A DNA stretch of 64,000 bases from Octopus vulgaris. Its lineage: Eukaryota. The notes beneath the pieces were generated by a model, which worked only from the letters and a program-made list of their open reading frames with translations, did not search any database and was not told the origin of the DNA. The DNA is taken from the NCBI GenBank assembly GCA_951406725.2, contig OX597818.1, forward strand, positions 95,356,001 to 95,420,000, read 5' to 3'. The translations under genes and the position numbers were made by a program. Position 1 is the first letter of the stretch. Each line of letters opens with the position of its first letter. Below are positions 12,263 through 26,369 of the stretch, in pieces.

Positions 12263-13085
12263 AATTATATCATCATCATCATCATTTAACATCTGTTGTC
12301 CATGCTGGCTTGAGTTGGACAGTTTGACTGGACAGTCATGCTGGAAGGCTGCACCAGACTCCAGTCTGATTTGGCATGGTTTTCCACGGCTGGATGCCCT
12401 TCCGAATGCCAACCACTCTGAGAGTGCAATGGGTGCTTTTACATGCCACCAGCATGGGTGCCATTTGTGTGACACCAGGGTGCATTTATGTGCCACTGGC
12501 ATGGATGCCAATTTGCATGACACTGGTATCTGCCATAACTGCAGCTTTGCTCAGCTTGATGGGTCTTCTCAAGCACAACATAATGCCAAAGGTCTTGGTC
12601 ATTGCCTCTGTGAGGTCCAACACTCGAAAGGAACTCAGCCACTTTGCCTCTGTGAGGCCCATTGTTCAAAAGATGTTCTTTACATGCCACTAGCATGGGT
12701 GCACTTGGCTTGATGGGTCCTCTCAAGCACAGCACATCGCCAAAGGTTTCGGTCACCAGTCATTGCCTTTGTAAGGCTTTGTAAGTTCAACGATCATGCT
12801 TCACCACCTCGTCCCATGTCTTCTTGGGTCCACCTCCACCACAGGTTCCCTCCACAGTTAGAGATTGGCACTTCTTATGTATGTATGTACAGGGTTATGA
12901 AATTTTCCACTTTCAGAAATTGCCAAGAATGTCCACTAGTTTCAGGAAGCAGTCTTTAATTTGCCTTGACAGAAACTTGGATAATTTTTTTAAATTTAAA
13001 GGCTATACTTTCTTCTTAGTGAAAATAGCTGCTTCTCTGTATATTAGCTGAGATAAAAGTAGTTAACAATTTGAAAAACTTTAAT

Positions 13086-13122
<37 letters not shown>

Positions 13123-14121
13123 TCTAAACACTTATTGAGTATATGTGGAATTTTTCACTGGGAATATTTGTGTATGTATTTGTGCATATTTTTTGAGTTA
13201 CAATAAATTTCTATGTAGGTATGTAGGTAGGTAGGAAGGTAGGTAGGTAGGTAGGTAGGTAGGTAGGTATGTATGTAGGTAGGTAGGTAGGTAGGTAGGT
13301 AAACTCTGAAATGAAACTCTGAAGTCAATGTCAGTTCAGTTTACAAGAACTGTGATACTTGCCCACTAAACCAGGCACGCATGGTTGGCTCAGTCATCTA
13401 TGAGGTCGAGGTCACCTCTATACTGAAGGATAAAATACATTGGCTGGTGCAAAAGTGGCTTCAAAATGACATTCACATACCACCAGTCTTTTTCAAGCAC
13501 ATAGACAAAAGGTAAAGCCCAAAATTAGCAAGCTTTATCTGGAGCTTGAAGGGCAGTAGTATGCCATACACCATCAAGTGGAACACTGTACAGAGATCTA
13601 GTTCATTCATTAATGGGTCAAAAAAGTGCAGGCTTGGTATAGCTGAAAGAACACACACCCTTATCAGATCAAAGAATTTAACCAGCCTTCTAAACATGAG
13701 GTCAGAAATTTGTACAAGACATAGGCATCTCAACAAATTTCTGTTATTGAACTGGAAGACCAGATTAGAGACACTTTAATGCACTTTAGCATTTTCACCA
13801 TTTGACTACCTTTACTATGTAGTTGGAAACATTTCACATGAACAATGTTCTTCATCTAACATGTTAAAGGAACATAACTTTTATACCCATTTTTCTTTAA
13901 CACTTTCTTGTAATTTTACCTCATGATTTTTTTGTCTAGTTATTTTTCTTCCATTTCCTCACAGTGTGGACATGTAATTTGAAGCTGAACAATTACTAGA
14001 CCATGCATAGTACACTGTACTAGTCTGTCTGATTACTGCACTATTGATCAGGAAATTTGAAGTAGCTCACTCTTGTATTCATTAAACAATTGTGTGTGTG
14101 TGTGTGTGTGTGTGTGTATGC

Positions 14122-14155
<34 letters not shown>

Positions 14156-14669
14156 ACACACACACACACACCATAATTGAGCAGAACATGTTGCAAAGTT
14201 CAGACTACAAGTAAACTCATGTAGTTGTCCAGTGGTTTCCAAGAGATTGAAAGAGAACACTCAGGAGAACCTCCAAGATCATAGGAAGATGACCGAGTCA
14301 AACAATTTGGACCAAGATTTGGAAGTGAACTGAGGCAAGCAATGTATAAGGGCATACGGACATCTGATAGTCTGGTCACCAAAGAAATAGACAATGCATA
14401 TCATCATCATCATCATGTAACATCCATTGACCATGCTAGCACAGGTTAGACGGTTTGACCAAGACTGGTAAGCTGAGGGGCTGCACCAGACTCTGGTCTG
14501 ATTTGGCATGGTTTCTATGGCCAGATGCCTTTCTTAATGCCAACCACTCTGAGCATGTAATGGGTGCTTTTATGTGCCACCGGTATGGGTGCTAGTTGCA
14601 TGACACCAGTATCTACCATGACTATGATTTTACTTGACTTGATAGATCTTCTACTCAAGTATCATGAGT

Positions 14670-14708
<39 letters not shown>

Positions 14709-14904
14709 CCATGGATTGAATTATTATTATTAATACTTATTATTATTATTATCATTATTATTATTATTATAACCCCATAAAACTGCTATTGCCTGTTGGT
14801 ATCCTTAGGCCATAGCCAACATAATAAAATAGCAGCTTTTACATGTGTACTCAAAAACATTTCCTCTAAACAAATCTAAAAGATATACATATATCTTTAT
14901 TACA

Positions 14905-14976
<72 letters not shown>

Positions 14977-16121
14977 TATATACATATATATATAAAGGCC
15001 CATGGCCTAGTGGTTAAAGTGTTATACTTACGATCACAAGATTGTGGTTTTGATCAGCAAAATGCTTCATTTCATGCTGCTCCAGTCCACTCAGCTGTAA
15101 ATGGGTAACCCTGCAACAGATTGACGTGTGTGTGTGTGTGTGAATGAGTAGTAGTGCAAAGCAATGTTGGAAAATATACAAACTTTATGTTCAAATATGT
15201 TTGGGATATTTCGACTTCTAAAGACAATTTCACTGCTGTTTTTACCATGGTGAAACAGTTCTTGCTTTAGGTAAAAAGGTGTAAGGACTGCATTATCAGT
15301 ACAAATCAGTAAATAGCATTAAACGATTTCTGATAATGCTAAAGCTTTCAGTTAGCTCAGAGTTGCTTCTCTCGGTATATGTTACTGAAGACACCTAAGA
15401 ATCCAGAAATGCATCTAATGGTTCACAAAGGGCACTCTGAGCTGATAATGTTGTCCTTACACTTTTTGGCCTAAAGCAAGAATTTTTTCTCCACAGTAAG
15501 CTGCCATGAAATTACCTTTAGAATTTGAAATAAATTTGAACTAACCTGAAGTTTGTTTATATATATATATAACGGTGGATAAGGCTGGCCTATGGGATTA
15601 CCCTAGATTTCATGTCCATAAAGCGCTTAGCTTTACAGCATAAGATCAAACCCCAAAACCTGTAGGTACATGGCCTCAGAGAGGTCATGTGTTCTATAGA
15701 TACACTGTTCTATATATACTGATATACTGCTCTATAACTTAGAAGGTGCTTCTTTTTCGGATTCATGATTTACCAATGATATTTATATATAAGAAGCTTG
15801 CTTCCCAATCATATGATTCTAGGTTCAGTCTCAGGCTGACCAAAGCCTTGTAAGTAGATTTGGTTAATGGAAACTGAAAGAAGCCCATCGTGTGTGAGTG
15901 TGTATGTGTGTTTGTGTCAGTGTTTGTCCCCAACTCCACCCTGTGTCAACCAGTATTGATGTATTTACATCCCTGTAACTTAGCAGTTCTGGAGACAAGA
16001 CTGATAGAATAAGTACCAGGCTTTAAAAATCTAAGTACTGGGGTCAATTCATTCAACTAAACTTCTTCAAGATAGTGCTACAGCATGGCCACAGTCTAAT
16101 GACTGAAACAAGTAAATATGT

Positions 16122-16156
<35 letters not shown>

Positions 16157-16182
16157 TTTACCCAAAATGCATACACGTCTAT

Positions 16183-16222
<40 letters not shown>

Positions 16223-16277
16223 ACACACACATACACACACGCACATACATACATACATACATACATACATACATACA

Positions 16278-19200
16278 TGATGCCCATCCACTCATCACTG
16301 ACCTTTAGGAACATTGTGTACTCTAGGACTAACTTATATTTTGCATTTGTGGCTCCATTAATGTCTAATGAGCCCTGCTCTTGACAAGCATATACAACTG
16401 CAGACATTACAAACCAAGCTTTCCTCATTCACTACACCAGCAGTGCGCTTCCAAGCAGCACGCTTAAATTCTTCGTGTAGAATACGTGCTCTCTCAAAAG
16501 TATTGACCCCTCCTTAACCAGCTTCCTCCATCTGTGGCAATGACAGGCATTGCTCTCCTAGTTAGTCTCCTACCTATCACAGGCCTTTAACAAGGACTTG
16601 ACTCAGTCCTTAAAGCCTTGGTTTCTGCTAAGGTCTCTTTCTACTAACAAGTTCCCCATATAGTATCTGTTTAAGGATCCTGTTACCCTTCATTCTAATA
16701 AGGTGTTCAGCCCAATGTCATTGGTGCTTGTGCACCATCACCTCAATACTCAAGATATCAGCTTTCCTCAGGGCCTGTGTGTCTTGAGTTTTTATGGTCC
16801 AGCCAACATTCAGAATGTGTTTCAGATATCTCTGATGAAAGCGTTCAAGGCCTTTTACATGACGTTTGCAGAGGGTCCATGTCTTACATGAGTATACCAT
16901 GCACATGTATAGTATACAGCAATTTTTGTTTGCCTTGTGAAAGGAATCAGTTGCTCTCTGCAGCCTGAAAGATATTTCATCATCCAAGGAGGAAGAACAG
17001 CTGAGTGTGCTGCCCAGGTAGACAAACCTGTCTACACTTTCAGTATTGTTCCTTCAACCAAAATAGCTGGTTCTACATATGGATTTCCTGGTGCAGGCTG
17101 GAACATTACAACAATCTTGTCTGGGCTAATGCTGAGTCCAAATGCCTTACAAGAAGCAGAAATATGATTCATAAGTATTTGCATATCATCCACTGTATGA
17201 CTGACTAAATCACAGTCATCTGCATAAAGGAGGTCACAAATAAGAGACTGGAAAAGTTTTGAATTGGCAGAAAATCAGCACAGATTAAAGAGGTAGCCAG
17301 AAGATTGATACCTGGCATACATTCCCAGAGAGCTAACCTTAGCAAAAGCATGAGTAAAAGCAGCAGCCAAGTACAAAGAAAAGAGAGTTGGAGCAAGGAT
17401 GTCACACTGCTTGACACCATTCTCTACAGGAACGGATCCCACCATGCCACCACCAACATTGACTCAAGCCTCCATCCCATCATGAAATGATTTAATTATA
17501 GAAAGAAAGTGATCCAGACATCCAAATTTGCCAAGTATTTTCCATATCAAGGCCCTATTCACAGTATCAAAGGCTTTGGTTAAATCAATGAATACCTGGA
17601 CAAGATCCATATTCTGGTCAGAGCACTTCTCCTGCATCTGTCTTGCTGTGAAAATAATGTCCATTGCCCCTCTACCAGATCGGAAGCTACATTGAGATTC
17701 AGATAGGACATCATTTATGAGATACCCATTCAGGTGGGTAAGAAGAATATTTGCCAGAACCTTGCCAGCAGCTGATAGTAGGGCAATACCTCTATAGTTA
17801 CCACACATTGTTCTGGCTTCTTTTCCTTTACAGAGAGGAAGAGAGATTTCATCCTTCCAGTCCTTAAACATTGCACCATCCCGCCAGACTATGCTTATAA
17901 GTTCATGAAGGGACTGTATGATGTAATCACCACCAAATCACAAGACCTCAGTACAAATTCCATCCCTTCCAGGTGCCTTACCAAGATTCAATTTACTTAT
18001 TTATGTCATTACCTCATCTTTTGAGGGTGTGTAATTTAAGGATCAATGATAAATCTTTGTTGCATAGTATCAATCATTGTTTCATCCACAACTGACTCAT
18101 GGTTTAGGAGTTCAGAGAAGTGTTCAATCCGGCGACCTGTGATTTCTGTTGATTTAGTAAAGAGAGTAGAAGAATCCTTAGAAAGCAAAGAAGCTGATGC
18201 AGAGCTCTGAGGCCCATAAACTTGCTTCATAAGATTGTAAAGCATCTTGCTGTCATTTGCATCAGCAGCAGCCTGAACATTAACATCCTCCCAATAAGTG
18301 CTCTGCATCTTCCTGAGAGATCGCTGCAGTAGTGATTTTACACTGGGCAAGTGCTAGATTTCACTGCACAGCTGAAACGTCTCTGTGCAGCAATACATTG
18401 TAGGCATGGTGCTTTACAACCAGTAGTCTCTGAACTTCAGCAGCATGTTCATCAAACCAGTCTCTGTGTCTGGCAGTAGCATATCCCAGTGTTTCAGCAG
18501 CACATTGAAGAACCTGGTCTCAAAAATCTTCTCATACTGTAGTATTTTCAATGCTGGACAAGCAAGTCTGAAGTTCTTTCCTCAACACAGCATCATATAT
18601 CTTATTGACATTCAGGAATGCCAACTGAGAAATGCCAACTGGCCCTCTTCTCTCTTTCAGTCTCATCATCATCCGGAACTTTGCTCACACCAGACTGTGG
18701 TCTGTCCAGCATTCTGATCCATGAAAGGACTTGACATTACAAATGTCATAGATGTCACGTTTGCAGATGATGACATAATCCAGCAAGTGCCAAACTTTAG
18801 ACCTTGGATGCATCCACGTTGTTGTGTGATCACCTTTGTGCATAAAATGAGTGCTTGCAATGTAAAGTCCATGTTCATCGCAAAGCTCCAGCAGCATGAG
18901 ACCATTGCTATTCATTTTCCCTACACCAGAATGTCCTAGAGTTCTGTGTTTGCCAGTCTGTTCCAAACCTGGCATTGAAATCCCCCAGTAGAATGACTTT
19001 ATCAGAATTGGGATTTTCCTAAGTATAGCTCTCAGCTGGGTATAAAAAATAGTTTTATCTTCATCACAACTAGTCAAAGTAGGTGCACAGGTACTTATTA
19101 CAGTAGCAAGCTGCCCACCTTTCAGGTACAATCATAGTCATTAGACATTCATTTATAGGAACAAAAAGCTTCTCCAACTTCTAAATGATATCAGATCAAA

Positions 19201-20384
19201 CTGCAAAGCCAACACCAGCCTCTCTGTGCTCCTCCTTCAGCCTCCCTTTCCAAAAAAGGTACATGCACTTTCTATTTCCTCAAGCTGACCATCACCTTCT
19301 ATACGAGTCTCAGAAAGTACAGCTATATCAATGTTATAGTGGTTCAGCTCGTGAGCAACATATGCAGTGTGTCTTTGGGGCCTACAATCACTCTTGTTAT
19401 TCAACAGAGTGTGCACATTCCAACATGTAATGTTAAAGTTCCATCCAGATTTTGTGAAAAGAAAAGTTTCTGTTTTTCAAACGCAGGGTGGACATCTGCC
19501 AGTCACACTAAACTGACCAGATATAGAATGACAGGCAATTTTTGGTTCACCTTTTCTAGACCCTCCCCTGCCTCTGGCTGAACAGTGCCCTCTCCAAATG
19601 GAGCTGCTCAGACACCCATGCAGCAGCCAAATCCTATCGCTGTCTTGGGCTACAAGGAGGCAACTTTATATCTAGCATGGGCCGCCTACATGCAGGTTGC
19701 TGACTGCATGCTTCCAACCCGTCAGGTCTGCATGCTTCACCACCTTCCCATCACCACAGAATAAGAATAAAATAAATATATACTAATAAAAATAAAGATA
19801 CATATATATGCTGAAAAAATATATATATAGGGGGAACAAAAAAAGCAGCACATATCAAGCAGAGGTCAACAATGCCTGTGCAGAGTTTTAGATCCAATAA
19901 GGCTTGCATGACACCTCATAGACCCTCTCCACTCTATTGACATTATCCAAAGATAAGCCAGAGCGAGATGTCTGGAGCCAATATGAGTCACAGGCTCAGG
20001 GATATGGGAGTGCCATGATCCCTAGCACAAACCAAAGATCCCCAAAATGTCCAATGCTATTCCCTGCATATCTGGTTTTATATCAGAGTGACCTTCCCCT
20101 AGAGACATGCTTCATTCCCAGCAGTCTTCTAGCTTGCCAGACACCATCCCGGAATTTCTGCATACCCGTGCTATTGCTAGATAGCCGTTGAGCCTGCACT
20201 AGGTTCATCCGACCTTTCAACAGGTCTTGTTTTTAATCCTGCTGGATTTCTAGCAACCCTCCTCATCAGGGTAGCCTGGTAGGGGTGCCAGTTTAGTTAC
20301 CGACAACCCGACCATGCAACAGGTTGTATTGGATTCCATGTTACCAGTAGCACATGTGAGAGCCTCATAAGTGACCTGACATAA
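16278..20384 (-). mobile_element. Degenerate near-full-length RTE (BovB-like) LINE
   Basis: Minus-strand fragments: APE (APTL, GKMNSNG, TTWMHPRSKVWHLLDYV, WTDHSLV), RT (CGNYRGIALLSAAGK, RQMQEKC, FIDLTKAFDTVNR) and C-terminal pieces, with many stops and frameshifts. Flanked on both sides by (TACA)n. The 5' limit is approximate. Confidence 0.88.
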
Positions 20385-20988
20385 CATACATACATACATA
20401 CATACATACATACATACATACATACATACATACATACATACATACATACATACATACATACATACATACATACATACATACATACATACATACATACATA
20501 CATACATACATACATACATACATACATACATACATACATACATACATACATACATACATACATACATACATACATACATACATACATACATACATACATA
20601 CATACATACATACATACATACATACATACATACATACATACATACATACATACATACATACATACATACATACATACATACATACATACATACATACATA
20701 CATACATACATACATACATACATACATACATACATACATACATACATACATACATACATACATACATACATACATACATACATACATACATACATACATA
20801 CATACATACATACATACATACATACATACATACATACATACATACATACATACATACATACATACATACATACATACATACATACATACATACATACATA
20901 CATACATACATACATACATACATACATACATACATACATACATACATACATACATACATACATACATACATACATACATACATACATA
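20385..20988. repeat. ~600-bp perfect (TACA)n microsatellite
   Basis: Uninterrupted tetranucleotide run. Confidence 0.97.
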
Positions 20989-21320
20989 AATAAATAAATA
21001 AAAGAGTTGTCTTTGCTTTTCAGCTTTTCATTACTTAAATAAATAAACCAAATACTGAGATTGATCTAATAGGCAGTGTCACTCTGACCTATCAAACCTA
21101 CCATGAAAAAGAAAAAATCAAGAAATTTCTAGCATTGTGCTTACGCTAGAAACTATTTTTGTTGATGTTGTTGTTGCTGATGCTCCTGCTACAGCCAAAA
21201 AAAAAACATAAAACTAAATTCTGGTAAGCCTGAACTCCTTGTCTTCATAAATTAAGTCCTGGGATGAATTTAATTTGTTAACCTGGCCCACAAATGTCAC
21301 CTTGTCTGAATATAAGAAAC

Positions 21321-21359
<39 letters not shown>

Positions 21360-21983
21360 CGTTGTTGTTGTCGTCGTCGTCGCCGTTGCTGCCACCGCTG
21401 CTGCTGCTGCTGCAGTTGTTTTTGTTAATAGTTAACTAATGGAGTTGCCAAAATGACAGTGTGCTGGACTGAGTATTTTTCAATATTGAGTTGGACATTT
21501 TTGTATTCTCAGTTCAGATTTCAATAGAACTGGCTTTGTTCTTTTACTACTTTGTGATCATCAAAATAGTTAAGGGGCCATTTCAATAAACTGTACAACT
21601 TCCCCCTCCCATAATTCTGAGGCCTTATGCCAATGTAAGAAATATTTTATTGAGGATGTTTTATCCCATTTCAGTACTGACTCTGCAAGCCTATGATCAA
21701 TAAACATTCCAGCCATGGCCATCGTATCTGTTAACCTTAATGTACTTAGGGCCATATTATTCCAAAGTGCCAGATAAAGTGCTTTATGGCATTTCTTCAG
21801 CCTTTACATTCTAAGTTCAAATTCCATTGGGGTCAACTTTGCCTTTCATCCTTTTGGGGTGATAAATTAAGTACCAGTCAAGTGCTGGGGGTAATAAAAT
21901 CAACAAGTCCCTCCTGCCAAATTTCAGACCTTGTGCCTGTTATAGAAAAGGTTATTCCAGTGTGTCCTTTTTGTATATCAACA

Positions 21984-22444
21984 TCTATAAAGCTGAAATA
22001 CGAAAAAGTTGTTTGATTTCTTGGTTATTTGTCTCATTTTGGGATGGGAAACGGTTTAAGGAGCAGTAGATGGGGTTGGATTGGCGCCAAAATTTACACT
22101 GGGGGGTAAAATGGGGTGGGCAATGGTGTGAGGAGGGTTGCAAATCACTCGGGGCTACTGTTTGGTTGCCATGGTGAGGAATATGGGAAAAATTGAGTTT
22201 TATGGGATAGACAGGTTGCGCTGTTTGAATAATGGTGGCTTTTCGTGTTGCTGCAAGGGCTAGAGGCGGTTATCTTTAATTGTGGGTGTAAAAATTTGGG
22301 GGATTTTGGAAAGGGAGATAAAGAAGGCAGCAATAAAAAGAACCAGGCAAAGAAGACGAACAAAAGAAAAAAGGGAAAAGGAGACAACACGCACAAAACA
22401 ACATACCACCAAAACCCGAGTGAAGCACAGGTCAAAATAGCTAG
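21984..22444 (+). mobile_element. Possible non-autonomous Helitron
   Basis: A|TCTATA start, imperfect hairpin acccgagtgaagcacaggt, CTAG|T end. Confidence 0.5.
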
Positions 22445-23572
22445 TATATATATATTTTTTAATATACGAGGATGTGATTTATGTCAAAGCATGTGTTTAA
22501 CTCAGGATCAGAACATAGCATGTTCAATTTCTAAACACACAGGGTATAGTGTGTCCTTGAGCAAGTTACCTCATTTTATATTGCTAAGTAATGGTATGGC
22601 TCTCTCATTCAACTATCACATCATGGATGTTTTGTTGAGTCATGGATGATGGGCGGGGGGAGAAAGTGTCTATGACTGCTCTCATCTACATAAACATCTG
22701 AAACAATAAACTAAACCATGATCATCCCTTTACCTGTCGTTTCTGCCTGTAGCAGAATGTGCACTAGCATGAAATAGTTGCCTGCATAGTATGGATCTAC
22801 ATAGTTTCATCAACCATACTCTTCCATGCTGGTTTAGGGCATGTTGATAGAGGGTATTAATTTTGAACTTTATCTTCTCTTAGATTGATTGCTTTCACCA
22901 CAGCTAAAGAGCTCAATCTACATCATCATCATCATCATCATCATTTAATATCCATTGTCCAATCTGGCATGGGTTGGACAATATGACCAGAGCTGGCAAG
23001 CCAGGGTGCTGCACCAGACTACAGTCTGATTTGGCATGGTTACTACATCTGGATGCCCTTCCTAATGCCAACCCCTTTAGGGAGTGTGCTGGATGCTTTT
23101 ACGTGGGGCCGCACGGGCACTTTTACATGGCACCACACAAGCAGTTTTACATGACACTGCACCAGTAAAAGTCTGTTCAATCCACAGATGGGATCTTCAC
23201 AGGTTCTACCATTGTGGGTGAGAATGGTAAAGCTTGGTACATCTTACTAAACCATACTCACTCATAAGTGACGGTTGGCTACACTTGTACTAGAATTTGA
23301 TTTGAGGGAAATTTGACTGCTATTGCTTGGCACATTAAGTGATTAAACATCATGCAGGTATTAAACTAACACCTGGGTCTTTGGGTTTGCTACATATTGT
23401 ATTCTTTGGCAACAACATGCATTAATTCCCCCACATCTCTGAACCTTCATTTAGCTGTAGTTAGGTCCTATGATATAAAACAATATTTATAGGATTTTTT
23501 TTTCATTTAAATAATGAACAAAATTTAATATAAATCTTCAGCTGACAACATTAAAGTTCCCACCCTCCATCT

Positions 23573-23648
<76 letters not shown>

Positions 23649-23704
23649 ATACATCAAATATCTTATTTCAGGTTTAGCAACTCCATCAAAACTGCATGCT
23701 CTTG

Positions 23705-23754
<50 letters not shown>

Positions 23755-23905
23755 TTATATATATATAAACGATGATGATGATGATATATATATATATAGG
23801 TGAATAGATAGATAGATAGACGAATGAATAGACAGCTGGGCGGACAGGTAGGTAGGCAGGCAGATACATATACATGTCTGTGTATGTATATGAGTATGCA
23901 TGTAT

Positions 23906-23939
<34 letters not shown>

Positions 23940-24159
23940 TACTTGTTTCAGTCATTCGACCGCGCCATGCTGGAGCACCGCCTTTAGAGTGGTGAAAGAG
24001 TACAGCAGGGATCACCACCATCCCCTGCCGGGCCTCGTGGAGCTTTTAGGTGTTTTCGCTCAATAAACACACACAACGCCCGGTCTGGGAATCGAAACCG
24101 CGATCCTCCGACCGCAAGTCCGCTGCCTAACCACTGGGCCATTGCGCTCCACGTATGTG

Positions 24160-24191
<32 letters not shown>

Positions 24192-24201
<10 letters not shown>

Positions 24202-24452
24202 TAGTTTTAGAGACAGAACCACCTTCAACTAAATCAACACTGAAAGATTTTATACCCAACCACTCCATAAAATGTTAGATATTAAATCTTATAGTAACTA
24301 TATCTATTCTGAATTCCGGAAAATACAGAATTCAGAATAGATATAGTTAGTATAAGATTTAATATTTAACATTTTATAGAGAGGTTAGGTATAAAATCTT
24401 TGAGTGTTGATTGAGTTGAAGGTGGTTCTGCCTTTAAAACTACTTTTATATA
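24192..24452. repeat. Fold-back palindrome (~125-bp arms, 11-bp loop) next to (TA)n
   Basis: tataaaagtagtttt...ctgaattc / gaattcag...aaaactacttttata. Confidence 0.92.
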
Positions 24453-24579
24453 TACGAATTAAACATTGAGAGATGTTCATTTCAGCACATCTAATTTGAA
24501 TATCTTTTTCCTGTGTACTTGGAAGTAATATTCCCTAAAATTACTGCATCAGCATGGCCGCAGCTCTGAGCTCAAACTA

Positions 24580-24630
<51 letters not shown>

Positions 24631-25124
24631 CATACACATATTCATATATATATATATATATAAAGTACAGCCGTGGTTGTGTGCCATAAGACATTTTTCC
24701 ATATAAATATTTTGTTTATTCTGTGTTCCTCCTTTGTGGTGGAAGCATTTAGCATGATACAAAAACATGTGTGTTTACATACAAACAAAGTTTTGATTTT
24801 TGCTTCTACACTGAAAGAAGTAACATATAATATTTGTATCACATTATGTATGCATGTGTGTAATGAGAACAGTCATTTTGAGAATGTGTGTGGGATAAAA
24901 CCTCTTCGTTTACGAACCATATATTTTGTGTCGAGATGAATAGATATGTGAGTTGCATGTGGAGCTGCAGAGAAGACATGTGTCTTTGACCAAAGCCTGG
25001 CAGGAACTGAGGTTGTTTCTACAGTGTAGCTCAGAACAAGGCTAGTGTCTCAGAACGAAGCTACTGTATCGAAGCAAGGCTAGTGTATTAAAGTGAGGCT
25101 AGACATCTCATCTGCTGTGCAAGT

Positions 25125-26202
25125 CGACTCACATATTACTATGTAATATGTAGCTCTGCTACAAGTTCAATAAAGGCAAAAACACAATGGAAAGTGCAAG
25201 GAATATTAATACAGTATATGAGGATCAGACAATAAGCATAAGCCAGTGTCAACAGTAGTTCCAGAAATTCTGAGCCAGAAACTACAGCCTAGAAAACGAG
25301 CCTTGTCCGGGAATATCTGTAGACATCTTGCAAACCCTGGTGGAACAAAATCTCATCGTAACTCTTGAGAAACTAGCAGAGAAGCTTGGATTTGGTCATT
25401 CAACCATTCATCGACACCAGCATGCCATCAGAAAAGTTATTAGATAGGGTTAATGAGTTCCTCACAAACTTTTTAAGAGAGTGAATGTGTGCTCTTCTTT
25501 GCTGTCATGTCTCATAAATGGAACCTTTTTGAACCGAATAGTGACTGCTGAGGAGAAATGGGTTCTCTATAAAAATGTCAAGCACTGAAGACAGTGGGTA
25601 AGGAAAGGAGAAACATCGGTACCCCTGGTTAAAGAACACCTTCACCCATGTAAGGTGCTGTTATCTGTTTGGTGGGATGTGAACAGTTTAGTCCACTTTG
25701 AACTTTTAAACCCAAGCCAAATGATAACAAAGGAGATGTACTGTGAGCAGCTTGAGTGGCTTAAGTCAGCACTTGCAAAAAAAAAAGACCATTTTGGTTT
25801 CAAGGCAAAAGGTTTTCTTCCATCAGGATAATGCTCAGCCACATACAGCGAGGATGACATTCCAAAGGCTGGAGCAGTTTGAATGGGAAACAATGCCCCA
25901 CCCACCATATTCGCTAGACATTGCCTCATCTGATTATCATTTATTCCGTAGTCTTCAAAATCATTTGGACAGAAACAATATGAATTCTGTAGACGTGGTC
26001 AGAACAGTACTGGAGGAGTAGTTTTCGTCACGGACAAGGTGAATTTTGGAAGAAGGGCCTTGTAGTCTACCAGATAGATGTAAGAACATTGTCGAAAATG
26101 AAGGAGAGTGTATTTTAGATTAAAAAAGAACTTTGTTAATCTTAATTTTGAAGAACAAAAGAAGTATAAGAAAACCGCATTATTTATGGGATAACCCAAT
26201 AT
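25125..26202 (+). mobile_element. Mariner (DD34D-type) transposon relic with right TIR
   Basis: HQDNAQPHTA and HPPYSLDIASSDYHLFRSLQNHL; ends gcattatttatgggataacccaata; frameshifted. Confidence 0.9.
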
Positions 26203-26317
26203 ACATATATATATACCTCATAGTCTGTTTGTTTCCCACGGCTACCATTCAATGATTAAAACAAGAAACACGTTCAAGATAGAGATAAAAGATATCTCTA
26301 TGTATATATATATACAT

Positions 26318-26369
<52 letters not shown>

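Noticed and set aside
11873-12523. 216-aa chimeric protein
   Set aside because: Chance fusion of an RTE-tail repeat with a decayed transposase fragment.
13300-14050. Additional Tc1-like transposase relic
   Set aside because: Only a faint SPD-like trace; too decayed to support.
20250-20987. 200-245 aa (MYVC)n ORFs
   Set aside because: Translations of the (TACA)n microsatellite. The same applies to the many YIYI, HTHT and VCVC ORFs.
22040-22145. G-quadruplex or regulatory G-rich tract
   Set aside because: It lies inside a probable Helitron-like repeat, with no evidence of function.
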